Source: Candidatus Omnitrophota bacterium (GTDB taxonomy: Bacteria; Omnitrophota; Gorgyraeia; Aquiviventales; Aquiviventaceae). Taken from it: 64,000 nucleotides of DNA. Positions 8,525-17,626 of this stretch are shown here, one piece after another (positions within the stretch are counted from its first letter, which is position 1; each line of letters begins with the position of its first letter). Below the pieces are notes generated by a model. It worked only from the letters and a program-made list of their open reading frames with translations. It was not told the origin of the DNA and did not search any database. Location: positions 25,961-89,960 of the forward strand of contig JAHFGT010000002.1 in the NCBI GenBank assembly GCA_023247275.1. The letters run 5' to 3'. Both the position numbers and the translations under genes were made by a program.

Positions 8525-9373
8525 CTAGCGTGGTTCGAATCCATCGCGCCGGCGTTTCGCAGCCTGCAACATCGCCAAGAGCGCTGCGCGATCGTTTCGC
8601 GTGATGCTGTCTCGTAGCCGGGCCCAGTGTCGCTCAAATCGCCGCATGGCCGCCAACAGCTCGTGTCGATTACTGAGGAAGATATCATCCCATAACTCAG
8701 GATCGCTGGCCGCAATCCGGGTCATCTCGAGCAGGCTGCGCGGCGGCTGTGGTAACGACCTCGCATGAGCCGTTTGAGCCAGGCAGTTGGCAACCACATG
8801 CGGCAAATGGCTCGTCACAGCCAGCGCTTGGTCGTGCGCCTGCGGACTCATGGTGAGCACCTTCACGCCCAGCGCCCTCCAGAAACGTCCAACGCGCTGC
8901 ACCGCTGATCGATCGGTCCGCGACGTCACGGTCAAGACGCACAGGGTTCCGTCGAACAGTGCTGCGTTGGCCGATTCAACCCCTCGCTGCTCTGACCCGG
9001 CGATCGGATGAGCGCCGACAAACCGGATGTGATCCGGCAGCGTGCGCTCAAGCCGTCGCACCAGCGCGGCTTTGGTGCTGCCGACGTCGGTGAGAATCGC
9101 GCCCGCTTGAATCGCACGCGCCGCGCGTTCAGCCAGCGGCGCGATCGTATCAACCGGTGTGGCGAGCACGACCAGCTCTGCGTCGCGCACGCCCGTTTCG
9201 AGATCGGTTGTTCCCCCATCAATGACGCGTCGGCGCCGCGCCGTTCGTAGCGTCTGCGCATGCCGACTCACGCCGACCACGCGTCCAGCCAGCCGTCGGC
9301 GCTTGATCGCCATTCCCAGCGACCCGCCAATGAGCCCCAGACCAACGATCGTCACTCGCCGAAAAATAGTCAA
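8525..9373 (-). CDS. tyrA: Prephenate/arogenate dehydrogenase
   Basis: 282-aa ORF with NAD-binding VTIVGLGLIGGSLG and a TyrA-family pattern. It sits next to other aromatic-pathway genes. Confidence 0.85.
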   Translation of the reverse strand: MTIFRRVTIVGLGLIGGSLGMAIKRRRLAGRVVGVSRHAQTLRTARRRRVIDGGTTDLETGVRDAELVVLATPVDTIAPLAERAARAIQAGAILTDVGSTKAALVRRLERTLPDHIRFVGAHPIAGSEQRGVESANAALFDGTLCVLTVTSRTDRSAVQRVGRFWRALGVKVLTMSPQAHDQALAVTSHLPHVVANCLAQTAHARSLPQPPRSLLEMTRIAASDPELWDDIFLSNRHELLAAMRRFERHWARLRDSITRNDRAALLAMLQAAKRRRDGFEPR

Positions 9374-9404
9374 CCTCTTTCCTGTCTTGGTTGCAACTGA
9401 CTGC

Positions 9405-10007
9405 TCATTTCACACGGGTGATGAAGGCGCCGTCCATGACGAATAAACGGTTGGTGTCCTGCTGATCGTTTTTGTTCTTGGCGATCATGCTGAAGTTGCC
9501 GGAGGCGATGGTATCCCCCTCCTGCTCATACACGTCTGACACCGTAAGTTCAAAGTAGCCGCCGGGCAGGTCTGTGCTGTACGTTGGACCGGCGGCTCCA
9601 AAACGGATCTCCGCATAGCCGTGTTGCGTGGTCTCGCCCGGACGATGCTCGCTGGTGGTGAAGATCGCGAACTCGGTTGGCTCTGGAAACGTGGACCCTG
9701 GTTGGTTCTGGGACTCGGCAAGCAGATAGATTTTGAACGGCCCTGACTTGGGACCGTACAGCGTCAGGTCTTTTTGCCGCGCTGCGGAGAACTCCTTGGC
9801 TTGCTGACGCAGCTGCTGAGCATCGTCGACCCCGCGGCCCGCATAATCTGAGCTCTCGTGCAGGATTCCAGTGTCCCCGACGGAAAACGTCCTGCTGGCA
9901 GGCACCAACGCGGTCTTTGCGGACACCAGCTGCGGCGACTTGCAGCCCACCGCTGACCCCAGTAGCATCCCCACCAACACCGGACTAACCACACGCCAAT
10001 ACCGCAT
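9405..10007 (-). CDS. Lipoprotein of unknown function
   Basis: ATG at 10007 is preceded by GGAGG. The signal MRYWRVVSPVLVGMLLGSAVGC contains a lipobox. I recognise no domain. Confidence 0.55.
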   Translation of the reverse strand: MRYWRVVSPVLVGMLLGSAVGCKSPQLVSAKTALVPASRTFSVGDTGILHESSDYAGRGVDDAQQLRQQAKEFSAARQKDLTLYGPKSGPFKIYLLAESQNQPGSTFPEPTEFAIFTTSEHRPGETTQHGYAEIRFGAAGPTYSTDLPGGYFELTVSDVYEQEGDTIASGNFSMIAKNKNDQQDTNRLFVMDGAFITRVK

Positions 10008-10134
10008 GCCGTACCTCCATGGTAAGAGATCTTCTCGCAACAGGTCTCGCCGATTCACCGGCGCCACTGCTCTCGCAGCCAGGCGACTGACACCACCAGA
10101 GAGGGTGGATCGCTGTTGCCCGGCTGGTACAGAT

Positions 10135-10470
10135 TCATTCGGTCACCAAGCCTGCGACCTTGAGCAACTTGGTTGCCCAGTGTTGGGCCTCCTCAGCAAT
10201 CGCTGCCAGCGTGAGGCGACCACCCCATCCGCGCTCCCACAGGGCAAGGCGCAGCTGCAGCTCCGCAAGTAAGACTTGCTGATCGAATCGACAATCGGGC
10301 GCAGCCCATTCGGTAAAGAACTTACTCTCTCGAAACAGCGCTATGGCAGCCTCGTGGTTCGCTCGTTGGGCGCACCAGGCGAGACGGTGTAAGTTTGAGG
10401 CCAAGCCACCGAGCCGAATCGCCGGCTGGTCTTGTTGGTATCGCTGTTGAACGACTGCCCACTCTTTCAT
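10135..10470 (-). CDS. Hypothetical all-helical 111-aa protein (cassette gene 4)
   Basis: Its ATG overlaps the upstream stop (ATGA at 10467-10470). I recognise no motif. It is called coding because of translational coupling and codon usage. Confidence 0.5.
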   Translation of the reverse strand: MKEWAVVQQRYQQDQPAIRLGGLASNLHRLAWCAQRANHEAAIALFRESKFFTEWAAPDCRFDQQVLLAELQLRLALWERGWGGRLTLAAIAEEAQHWATKLLKVAGLVTE

Positions 10471-10802
10471 GGCGCGTGGAAAAATTTCCGCACAAGAGTG
10501 CCCACTCGACTTCTCAGTTGCGAGTCTTGCAGCTCCATTGCCGGATTCTTGCCCGGCCGGATATTGATGAGCGCTCCATAACGAACCGTCTGCTGATCAG
10601 CAACCCAGTCAGCGCCCCAGACATCCTGCGGCTGACTACCATCCTCCAGAAGCACCGACTCACAATCGGCATGAAATTCGCCGCCCCCGGCCAGGATCCC
10701 CTGCCGGACATCGACGGCCACCTTGATGTAGGACTCATGCGCCTCGAGCATCTCTTGTACCTGCTTAGCTGTTGGAGCGTTCCGGAGCAAATGGATCGTC
10801 AT
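10467..10802 (-). CDS. DUF5674-like protein (cassette gene 3); alternative GTG start at 10835
   Basis: MTIHLLRNAPTAKQVQEMLEAHESYIKVAVDVRQGILAGGGEFHADCE...WGADW...INIRPGKN resembles, from memory, the uncharacterised DUF5674 family. The GTG at 10835 would overlap the upstream stop (GTGA). Confidence 0.55.
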   Translation of the reverse strand: MTIHLLRNAPTAKQVQEMLEAHESYIKVAVDVRQGILAGGGEFHADCESVLLEDGSQPQDVWGADWVADQQTVRYGALINIRPGKNPAMELQDSQLRSRVGTLVRKFFHAP

Positions 10803-10831
10803 GATCTGGCGTGTTCCTGACAGTCCGCGTC

Positions 10832-11371
10832 TCACTTGTCACGGGTTTCGATGCCAGGTCTCGGTTCCACTTCTTCCACTAACAACGCTTGATAACGTTT
10901 CAGAAATTGTCGGTCTTTCAAGCGGCCAGCGAGTTGTTTGGATCGCAGCAGTTTGCTGAGTCGGCCGACCTTGACTGGTGTTCCCTGAATGGTAATGGTC
11001 ACGGCATCCCGTACTAATGCGGCAAACAGGTACCCTGAGACCGCCAGGAAGAGCTCGACCATGAGCCCGTCTGGAGTCGTCGCGATCAGTGCCCGCCGGG
11101 CTCGGACCAGGGCCCGCAATGCTGCGGTATCGAATGGACCGTCGGATGTTGCGAGTGAGAACCCCAAATGGGAAAGCTGGTGGACCGCCTTCTGGACATT
11201 GGGCAGCGTTGGATTCACGAAGAGATCATAGTCCATCGTCGCAATCGCCTCGGATGCCCGCTGAGCGTAGTAGTTGATCCCGGACATTCCGATCACGACG
11301 TACTGGACTCCGACTCGATTCAAGGCCCGGACTGTCGCGAGGTAAGGATCTGCGAGCCGACGCGCGCTCAT
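10832..11371 (-). CDS. Minimal nucleotidyltransferase-fold protein (MNT/AbiEii/DUF6036-like; cassette gene 2)
   Basis: VQYVVIGMSGINYY...ATMDYDLFV, later LMVELFL, and C-terminal PVKVGRLSKLLRSKQLAGRLKDRQFL, a pattern typical of small NTases. Its ATG overlaps the HTH gene stop (ATGA at 11368-11371). Confidence 0.55.
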   Translation of the reverse strand: MSARRLADPYLATVRALNRVGVQYVVIGMSGINYYAQRASEAIATMDYDLFVNPTLPNVQKAVHQLSHLGFSLATSDGPFDTAALRALVRARRALIATTPDGLMVELFLAVSGYLFAALVRDAVTITIQGTPVKVGRLSKLLRSKQLAGRLKDRQFLKRYQALLVEEVEPRPGIETRDK

Positions 11372-11709
11372 GCCTGGGCCTGATAATGACGCTGCCACGC
11401 CAGGAGCACCACGTGGACCCAGCCCCGCTCTGAGCCATCGGCCAAGCCTGCTTCCCGAGCGGTTAATTTCTCATTGAGGGCGGTGGCACGAAACACGCCA
11501 CGCTCGCCCGGCTGGTGCTCTTCCAACAGCTCCCCTGGGCTGCAACCCAGTTCGCCAGCCAAACGGCTGAGCGCCTTGAGCGAAATGGCTCGTCGGCCAG
11601 CGTCCATCGCCGAGAGATTGGACCGATACAGCCGCAATCGCCTCGCTAACTCGGCAGGACTGGTGCCTCGCTCTTTTGCGATCCGCCCGATACACGTCCG
11701 AATCTGCAT
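11368..11709 (-). CDS. XRE-family helix-turn-helix transcriptional regulator (cassette gene 1)
   Basis: 113 aa. The region IGRIAKERGTSPAELARRLRLYRSNLSAMDAGRRAISLKALSRLAGELGCSPGELL is a typical HTH_XRE. Confidence 0.8.
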   Translation of the reverse strand: MQIRTCIGRIAKERGTSPAELARRLRLYRSNLSAMDAGRRAISLKALSRLAGELGCSPGELLEEHQPGERGVFRATALNEKLTAREAGLADGSERGWVHVVLLAWQRHYQAQA

Positions 11710-11717
11710 GGGATAAT

Positions 11718-11736
11718 GTTATCATCATATGATAAC
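11718..11736 (-). promoter_or_regulatory. Putative operator: perfect 8-3-8 palindrome upstream of the HTH gene
   Basis: GTTATCAT-cat-ATGATAAC lies 9-27 nt upstream of the ATG at 11709, inside an unusually AT-rich patch (GGATAATGTTATCATCATATGATAACTTATTACC). Confidence 0.5.
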
Positions 11737-11807
11737 TTATTACCAGCGCTTTCGAACCGCAGCGCCTGATCAACGTCTCGCGTGTCACTGGTCAGGTGTC
11801 ACGCGGT

Positions 11808-12824
11808 TTATACGGTCCGGCCAACGGCTTTGGCAACCTTGCGGATTTCGGTGATCAGTTTGACGAACTTCTTGGGCAAGAGCGACTGCGGCCCATCGCA
11901 CAGCGCCACTTCAGGGTTGGGGTGGACTTCGATGATCAGTCCATCAGCGCCGGCCGCAATCGCGGCCTTCGCCATCGGCTCGACATACTCCCACTCACCG
12001 GTGCTATGACTCGGGTCGACAATGATCGGCAGATGGGAGAATTTCTTGATCACCGGGATCGCGGCCAGATCCAGCGTAAACCGGGTCTGCGTTTCAAAGG
12101 TCCGGATGCCCCGCTCGCACAGGATCACGTTAAAATTCCCTTGGCTTAAAATATATTCGGCCGCGAGCAGAAACTCGGTGATCGTCGCCGACAACCCGCG
12201 TTTGAGCAGCACCGGCTTGTGCAGTTGTCCGACCTCCTTGAGCAGCTCGAAGTTCTGCATGTTGCGCGCGCCGATTTGGATGATGTCCGCGTGCTGCTGG
12301 ACCATCTTCAGATCGCGCGTGTCCAACAGCTCGGTGACTACTCGCATCCCGGTCTCCTTCGCCGCCTCGCGCAACAGTTTCAGCCCCTCGTCGCGCAAGC
12401 CTTGGAATGAATACGGCGACGTACGCGGCTTAAACGCCCCCCCGCGCAACACCTGGGCGCCGGCTCGCTTCACCGCCCGAGCCGTCTCAAACAGCATCTG
12501 CCGGTTTTCGACCGAACACGGGCCGGCCATCATGACCAGCGCCTTACCGCCGACGCTGATCCCATCGCCCAGGTTGACCACCGTCGACTCAGGCTTGAAG
12601 TCGCGCGACACCAGTTTGTACGGTTTGAGCACCGGCATCACTTTCTCGACGCCGGGGATCACTTCGAGCGGCTGCACACGTAACGCGTCTTCCGGCCCGA
12701 TGACGCCGATAATGGTCCGCTCGGTCCCTTTGGACACCATCGGCTTCAGGCCGAGCGCTTTGATCCGATCCAGCACATGGTCGAGCTGCTGCTTGGTCGC
12801 GTCCGGCTTCAGGACAATAATCAT
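11808..12824 (-). CDS. aroF: 3-deoxy-7-phosphoheptulonate (DAHP) synthase, type I-beta with N-terminal regulatory domain
   Basis: MIIVLKPDATKQQLDHVLDRIKALGL... is a ferredoxin-like regulatory domain, followed by a KDO8P/DAHP-synthase barrel. GAGGAGGG lies 5 nt upstream of ATG 12824. The ORF track starts 7 codons earlier, at TTG 12845. Confidence 0.9.
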   Translation of the reverse strand: MIIVLKPDATKQQLDHVLDRIKALGLKPMVSKGTERTIIGVIGPEDALRVQPLEVIPGVEKVMPVLKPYKLVSRDFKPESTVVNLGDGISVGGKALVMMAGPCSVENRQMLFETARAVKRAGAQVLRGGAFKPRTSPYSFQGLRDEGLKLLREAAKETGMRVVTELLDTRDLKMVQQHADIIQIGARNMQNFELLKEVGQLHKPVLLKRGLSATITEFLLAAEYILSQGNFNVILCERGIRTFETQTRFTLDLAAIPVIKKFSHLPIIVDPSHSTGEWEYVEPMAKAAIAAGADGLIIEVHPNPEVALCDGPQSLLPKKFVKLITEIRKVAKAVGRTV

Positions 12825-12855
12825 GGATTCCCTCCTCGTCGGCAATCGGTCGGCG

Positions 12856-13953
12856 CTACCCGGCGAGACATCGCTTCAGTGCGGTGACAAACCGCCGGTT
12901 CTCTGCCATGGTCCCGATCGTCACACGCACACAGCCCGTCAGCTTCCAGGCGCTCATCTCTCGGACAATCACGCCCTGGCGCAGCAAGGCCTCGGCGAGG
13001 CGTGGCGCGCGCGGGCCCAGTTCAATGAGAAGAAAATTCGTCACGCTGGGGATGTGCCGGAGCTTCAGCGCGTCCAGCGCGCGGATCAAATACTGTCGTC
13101 CCTCGACGACCAATTGTCGCGTCCGCTTCAGAAACGCGGTATCGTCCAACGCGGCGCACGCTGCGGCCTGCGCCAGGCTGTTGACATTGAATGGCTCGCG
13201 CACCGCATCCAGCGCTGATACCAACTCTGGCCGAGCCATGCCATAGCCCACCCGCAGCCCGGCCAACCCATACGCTTTCGAGAAGCTGCGCGTGACGATG
13301 ATGGGATACTCTTGCAGGTACGCGAGCGTCTGCGGGTAGTCGCGCGCCTGGACGAACTCATAATAGGCCTCGTCGACCACCACGACCGTCTGATGCGGCA
13401 GCCCGCGCAGAAATGTCTCCAGCTCCTGCTTCGTGACATACGTCCCGGTAGGATTGTCCGGGTTGGCGATGAACACGAGCTTCGTCTTCGGCGTCACCAC
13501 GGCCTGCATCGCCGGCAAATCATACCGATAGCCCTTCAGCGGGACCACCGTGACCGAGGCTGCACACGCGCGGGCCTGCAGCTCATAGATCAAAAAGGTC
13601 GGCGAGGCGACGACCACCTGATCTCCAGGATCCACGAACGCCCGTAACGCCAAGACCAACAGCTCATCCGACCCGTTCCCGACCACGAGACAGGCTGGAT
13701 CCACACGCCAATACGTGGCCAGTCGCGCACGCAATATCCGGCAAGCCGCATCCGGGTACCGGTGCAGCATGCCCAGCTCGCGGCGCAGCGCGGCGACCGC
13801 CTTGGGCGATGGACCGAGCGCGTTCTCGTTGGACGCGAGCTTGATCACCGACGACAGTTTGAACCGTCGTTTCACGTCCTCGATCGGCGTTCCAGGACGA
13901 TAGGTTCCTCCATCGCGCACGGCGGCCCGCGCCCGGCTGTCAACGTGCACCAT
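12856..13953 (-). CDS. hisC: Histidinol-phosphate/aromatic aminotransferase (class II)
   Basis: 365-aa ORF with the PLP lysine context SFSKAYGLAG. Its position inside the aromatic block suggests a role in Phe/Tyr synthesis. Confidence 0.85.
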   Translation of the reverse strand: MVHVDSRARAAVRDGGTYRPGTPIEDVKRRFKLSSVIKLASNENALGPSPKAVAALRRELGMLHRYPDAACRILRARLATYWRVDPACLVVGNGSDELLVLALRAFVDPGDQVVVASPTFLIYELQARACAASVTVVPLKGYRYDLPAMQAVVTPKTKLVFIANPDNPTGTYVTKQELETFLRGLPHQTVVVVDEAYYEFVQARDYPQTLAYLQEYPIIVTRSFSKAYGLAGLRVGYGMARPELVSALDAVREPFNVNSLAQAAACAALDDTAFLKRTRQLVVEGRQYLIRALDALKLRHIPSVTNFLLIELGPRAPRLAEALLRQGVIVREMSAWKLTGCVRVTIGTMAENRRFVTALKRCLAG

Positions 13954-13978
13954 GCCTTAGAACACCTCGCTTTTCTTT

Positions 13979-14043
13979 GTGAACGGTTGACGGTGTACGG
14001 TGTACAGGGTCAGTACCGTACACCGTGAACTGTACACCGTCCA
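13979..14043. repeat. Octamer-unit palindromic element (family 1, copy b)
   Basis: GTGAACGGTTGACGGTGTACGGTGTACAGGG tcag TACCGTACACCGTGAACTGTACACCGTCCAC, between pheA and hisC. Confidence 0.75.
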
Positions 14044-14060
14044 CTCTCGGCCAACTATGC

Positions 14061-14912
14061 TTAACGTTGCTTGGCCGAGAGCGGGTACGAGCCCAGCACG
14101 CGCAACAGCGATGTGGATCGGCGCAACTGCTCCAACGCCCGCTTGACCCGTGACTCGGACTCGTGGCCCTCGAAATCGATGAAGAACAGATACTCCCACA
14201 CGCGCTGCCTCGACGGCCGCGACTCGATTTTGGTCAGGTTAATTCCCTGCCGCTTGAATGGGACCAGCGCGTCGTGCAACGCTCCAGGTGTGTCCTTGAG
14301 CGCAAACAGTACCGCGGTCTTGTTGCGCCGGCCGCGCGGCGGCTCTTCCAGCGAGAGGATGAGAAACCGGGTGCGGTTCTCGTGATCCTCTGGAATGGGC
14401 ACCGCAGTCAATCCTCGCGTCGCCAGCTCGCGCACCGCGATCGCAGCCCGCTCGCGCCGTGGCGGAGAATTGGCCCGGCCGCGCAGTCCGAGAACATATT
14501 CAACCGCTTCGGCGGTTGAGCTGGTTTCCCATCGGCTGGCGGTCGGCACGTGCCGCTGCAACCACCGATCGCACTGGGCCAGCGCCTGCGGGTGGGAATA
14601 GACGACACTGACGGCCTGGGGTCTCGCGCCCGTCTGGAGAATCAAGCAATGCCGCACCGGCTGCTCGATTTCGCCATGGATCCGCACGGGGGTATCGACG
14701 AAATCGACAAACCGGTCCAGCGTGTGGGTCACGGCTCCGCCGAGTGAATTCTCAATCGGCACCACGCCAAAATCCACCTGCCGGCGCTCGACCAGGTGGA
14801 AGACATCCTCCACCGTTGGCGCGTGCACATAGCGGCTGCGCCGACCGAACCGGGCTTGTGCGGCGGCGTGCGTGTTGGTGCGTTCAGGGCCGAGATACGC
14901 GACGCGCGACAT
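14061..14912 (-). CDS. pheA: Prephenate dehydratase (PDT plus ACT domains)
   Basis: 283-aa ORF with NRTRFLIL and KIESRPSR signatures. Confidence 0.9.
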   Translation of the reverse strand: MSRVAYLGPERTNTHAAAQARFGRRSRYVHAPTVEDVFHLVERRQVDFGVVPIENSLGGAVTHTLDRFVDFVDTPVRIHGEIEQPVRHCLILQTGARPQAVSVVYSHPQALAQCDRWLQRHVPTASRWETSSTAEAVEYVLGLRGRANSPPRRERAAIAVRELATRGLTAVPIPEDHENRTRFLILSLEEPPRGRRNKTAVLFALKDTPGALHDALVPFKRQGINLTKIESRPSRQRVWEYLFFIDFEGHESESRVKRALEQLRRSTSLLRVLGSYPLSAKQR

Positions 14913-14918
14913 GCCAAC

Positions 14919-15218
14919 TCAGACGAGCGGCCTGCGTCGATGCGAGCGCTCGCGTCGGCGGCACTCGCACAGGATCGCCTGGAACACGTGTTGGATCGCC
15001 CTCGTAGAGAGAGGGCCGCGATTGGCCCGCATGACATGCTGCAGCACAAATGTCTCGCGCCGCGCATCGAACACCGGCCATTTGCGCTGTTTCTTGATCC
15101 GGCCGATGTCCAGGGCAAGACGGGCGCGCTGATTCAGTCCTCGCAACAGGTCGAGGTCAAGCCGATCGATTCGTCGACGGACCGCAGCGAGCGTCGAACG
15201 CGGTGTCTTAGGCGGCAT
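14919..15218 (-). CDS. Chorismate mutase (AroQ type)
   Basis: MPPKTPRSTLAAVRRRIDRLDLDLLRGLNQRARLALDIGRIKK... The ATG at 15218 overlaps the scpB 3' end by 11 nt. Confidence 0.75.
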   Translation of the reverse strand: MPPKTPRSTLAAVRRRIDRLDLDLLRGLNQRARLALDIGRIKKQRKWPVFDARRETFVLQHVMRANRGPLSTRAIQHVFQAILCECRRRERSHRRRPLV

Positions 15219-15819
15219 TCGCCGCCTCAGGGCTGGCTGGCACCCCGCCAGCAACCTCAGGAACGGGCTCAGAGGCTGGTTCAGCCGTTGTCGGCTCTTG
15301 CAGCGTCGGAATCTGCATCGCCGGCAGCGCTCCGAGCGACTTCAGACCAAAATGCCGCAGGAACTCGACGGTCGTCGCGTACAGAAACGGGCGGCCTGGG
15401 CTGTCCTTGCGTCCGGCCGTGCGGACAAACCGCCGCTCCATTAGCGTCTCCAACGCGGCGGTCACATCCACACCACGGATCGCCTCAATCTCCGCTTTGG
15501 TCATCGGCTGGCGATACGCAATGATCGCCAAGGTTTCTAACGCCGCGGTGCTCACCGAATCCGGCTTGGGGGTTTGCAAGGCTCGCCGAATCCATGGAGC
15601 GAGCTGCTGGTCGGTCACCAGCTGGTACCCGCCGGCCACTTCCTGAATCTGAAACGCGCGCGCACCGGATGTGTACTCGTTCTGCAATGCCTGGATCAGC
15701 CGGCGGACCTGCTGGCCCTCGATCGACTCCAGCACCTCGGCCAGCCGCTTGAGCGATATCGGCTGTCCAAACACGAAGAGAATGGCTTCAAGAATCCGCT
15801 TGGCTTCTGCCTGGTCCAT
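15208..15819 (-). CDS. scpB: Segregation and condensation protein B
   Basis: MDQAEAKRILEAILFVFGQPISLKRLAEVL... begins at ATG 15819, inside ORF 15208-15939. It has an acidic, Pro-rich C-terminal tail. Confidence 0.85.
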   Translation of the reverse strand: MDQAEAKRILEAILFVFGQPISLKRLAEVLESIEGQQVRRLIQALQNEYTSGARAFQIQEVAGGYQLVTDQQLAPWIRRALQTPKPDSVSTAALETLAIIAYRQPMTKAEIEAIRGVDVTAALETLMERRFVRTAGRKDSPGRPFLYATTVEFLRHFGLKSLGALPAMQIPTLQEPTTAEPASEPVPEVAGGVPASPEAANAA

Positions 15820-15840
15820 GACCCCTCCACAGAAAATTCT

Positions 15841-15904
15841 CGGTGTGCGGTGTGGGGGATGCGGTGTAGGAAAACACGCCGCACACCTCTCACTCCACAC
15901 CGAG
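15841..15904. repeat. Hairpin element built of 7-bp CGGTGTG units (family 3)
   Basis: CGGTGTG CGGTGTG GGGGATG CGGTGTA GG aaaa CACGCCG CACACCT CTCACTC CACACCG AG. The right arm overlaps the last codons and stop of scpA. Confidence 0.75.
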
Positions 15905-16627
15905 TGTAGCTCTTGGCATTTCTTGCAGGGCGATGACAATATCTGAAAATGGGTGCTCCTGGATCGCGCGCGCGAGATGCTGGCGAATCAATTCCAGCAG
16001 CGCCAAGAATGTGACCACTAGTTCGAGCTTGGACTTGTCCGGCGTAAACAGCTCGAGAAACCGCACCTGCTGCCGCACGGTCAACAGCACGCGCAGCTGA
16101 TGCACTTTCATTTCAACGGTCCACGGCTCGGCGGCCACCTCATACACTGGAGCGGTCGCTTTCTGGAGCACCTTGGCGAACGCGCCCATCAGGTCGGTCA
16201 GGCTCACATCGAACGGCGCCGGCTCAATGGCCGGCCCCTCGTCCGGTAGCTCAGCCCCTGCGCGGATAAAATGCTGGTGTTGCAACATGTGCAACTCTGC
16301 CAGCAACTGTGCGACCGTCTTAAACTGCTCGTACTCCTTTAGCCGGCGCTCCAGCTCTTCCAGGCTGATGGGCACGTCTTCTTTCTCACCCGGTGTCGCC
16401 GGCTGGGGCAACACACTCCTAGCCTTGAGCGCAACCAACTGCCCCAACAGCGGTAGCGGCTCGGCGAGTTGATTCAAATCAACCCCAGACTGCTTGACTT
16501 GGACGAGGTAGTGGCCGGTCAGGTCGACGAGCTTGATGAGAAACACGTCGACGAGGTTGAGCCTTGCCAGCTCCACCAGCAGCGGGAGCGGACCCTCGTA
16601 AATATCCGCGTCGATCTGGTAGGGCAT
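15890..16627 (-). CDS. scpA: Segregation and condensation protein A
   Basis: 245-aa ORF with a kleisin ScpA pattern (YEGPLPLLVELARLNLVDVF...). Confidence 0.85.
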   Translation of the reverse strand: MPYQIDADIYEGPLPLLVELARLNLVDVFLIKLVDLTGHYLVQVKQSGVDLNQLAEPLPLLGQLVALKARSVLPQPATPGEKEDVPISLEELERRLKEYEQFKTVAQLLAELHMLQHQHFIRAGAELPDEGPAIEPAPFDVSLTDLMGAFAKVLQKATAPVYEVAAEPWTVEMKVHQLRVLLTVRQQVRFLELFTPDKSKLELVVTFLALLELIRQHLARAIQEHPFSDIVIALQEMPRATLGVE

Positions 16628-17626
16628 CTATTGACCAATGAGTCCGAAGGCCGCCTTCACTTCAGTGATGGTGTGGCGCGCGACACTCCGGGCCTTCTCC
16701 GCGCCGGCCTGGAGCATGCCTTCAATCTCATCGTATGATCCGCCGATCTTCGCCCGGATCTGACGAAACGGTTCGGTCGCCTGCACGATCACCTCGGAGA
16801 GTTCGCGCTTGTTTTGCACGCAGCCTCGGATCGATCGCCGGCACTCGTCGTGCGCGCGGGCCGCCGCGCTGGGCGCAAACGTGCCCCAGTAGCCGCACAC
16901 GTTGCACGTGTCTGGATGGCCAGGATCGGTCATCTTGATCCGAGCCGGGTCGGTGAACATCTTCTCGACGATGGCGCGGATCTTCTCCGGTGCCTCGGAC
17001 AGGTTGATCGTGTTGCCATAACTCTTCGACATCTTGCGCCCATCGGTCCCAGAGAGTCTGGGCGATTCGGTCAACAGTGCCGAGGGTTCAGGAAAGATCT
17101 CGCGCTTGAATAGGAAGTGCACTCGACGCACGATCTCTCGCGTCAATTCCACATGCGGTAACTGATCTTCCCCCACCGGCACCGCCTGGGCCTTGTACAG
17201 CAAGATATCCGCCGCTTGCAGCACCGGGTAGCCTAAAAACCCATAGGTCGTGAGATCTCGTCCCTCGATCTCGCGTAGCTGTTCCTTATAGGTCGGGACC
17301 CGTTCAACCCAGCCCAGCGGCGTCACAATCGAGAGCAGGGCAAACAGCTCGGTATGCTCTGGCACATCCGACTGCCGAAAGATCACACTGCGCTGTGGGT
17401 CGATCCCACAGGCCAGCCAGTCGAGCACATTCTCATAGCTCCAGGTGTGGATCTGCTGCGGCCGCTCATATTCGCTCATGAGCGCGTGGTAGTCCGCGAC
17501 CATGAAGAAACAGTCGTACCGCTCTTGCAGCCGTTTCCAATTCTGGAGCGCGCCGACCAGATGGCCGAGGTGCAGCTGGCCGGTCGGCCGCATCCCGCTC
17601 ACGACGCGCTGACGCTGCTCAGACAT
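16628..17626 (-). CDS. trpS: Tryptophan--tRNA ligase
   Basis: 332-aa ORF with HLGHLVG (HIGH) and KMSKS motifs. Confidence 0.95.
   Translation of the reverse strand: MSEQRQRVVSGMRPTGQLHLGHLVGALQNWKRLQERYDCFFMVADYHALMSEYERPQQIHTWSYENVLDWLACGIDPQRSVIFRQSDVPEHTELFALLSIVTPLGWVERVPTYKEQLREIEGRDLTTYGFLGYPVLQAADILLYKAQAVPVGEDQLPHVELTREIVRRVHFLFKREIFPEPSALLTESPRLSGTDGRKMSKSYGNTINLSEAPEKIRAIVEKMFTDPARIKMTDPGHPDTCNVCGYWGTFAPSAAARAHDECRRSIRGCVQNKRELSEVIVQATEPFRQIRAKIGGSYDEIEGMLQAGAEKARSVARHTITEVKAAFGLIGQ

Noticed and set aside
8532-8542. GGTTCGAATCC, a perfect tRNA T-loop-like motif
   Set aside because: It lies at the tyrA/cmk junction. The flanks give no 7-bp acceptor pairing and no anticodon or D arm. 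It is most likely a chance occurrence, and no tRNA could be built anywhere in the window.
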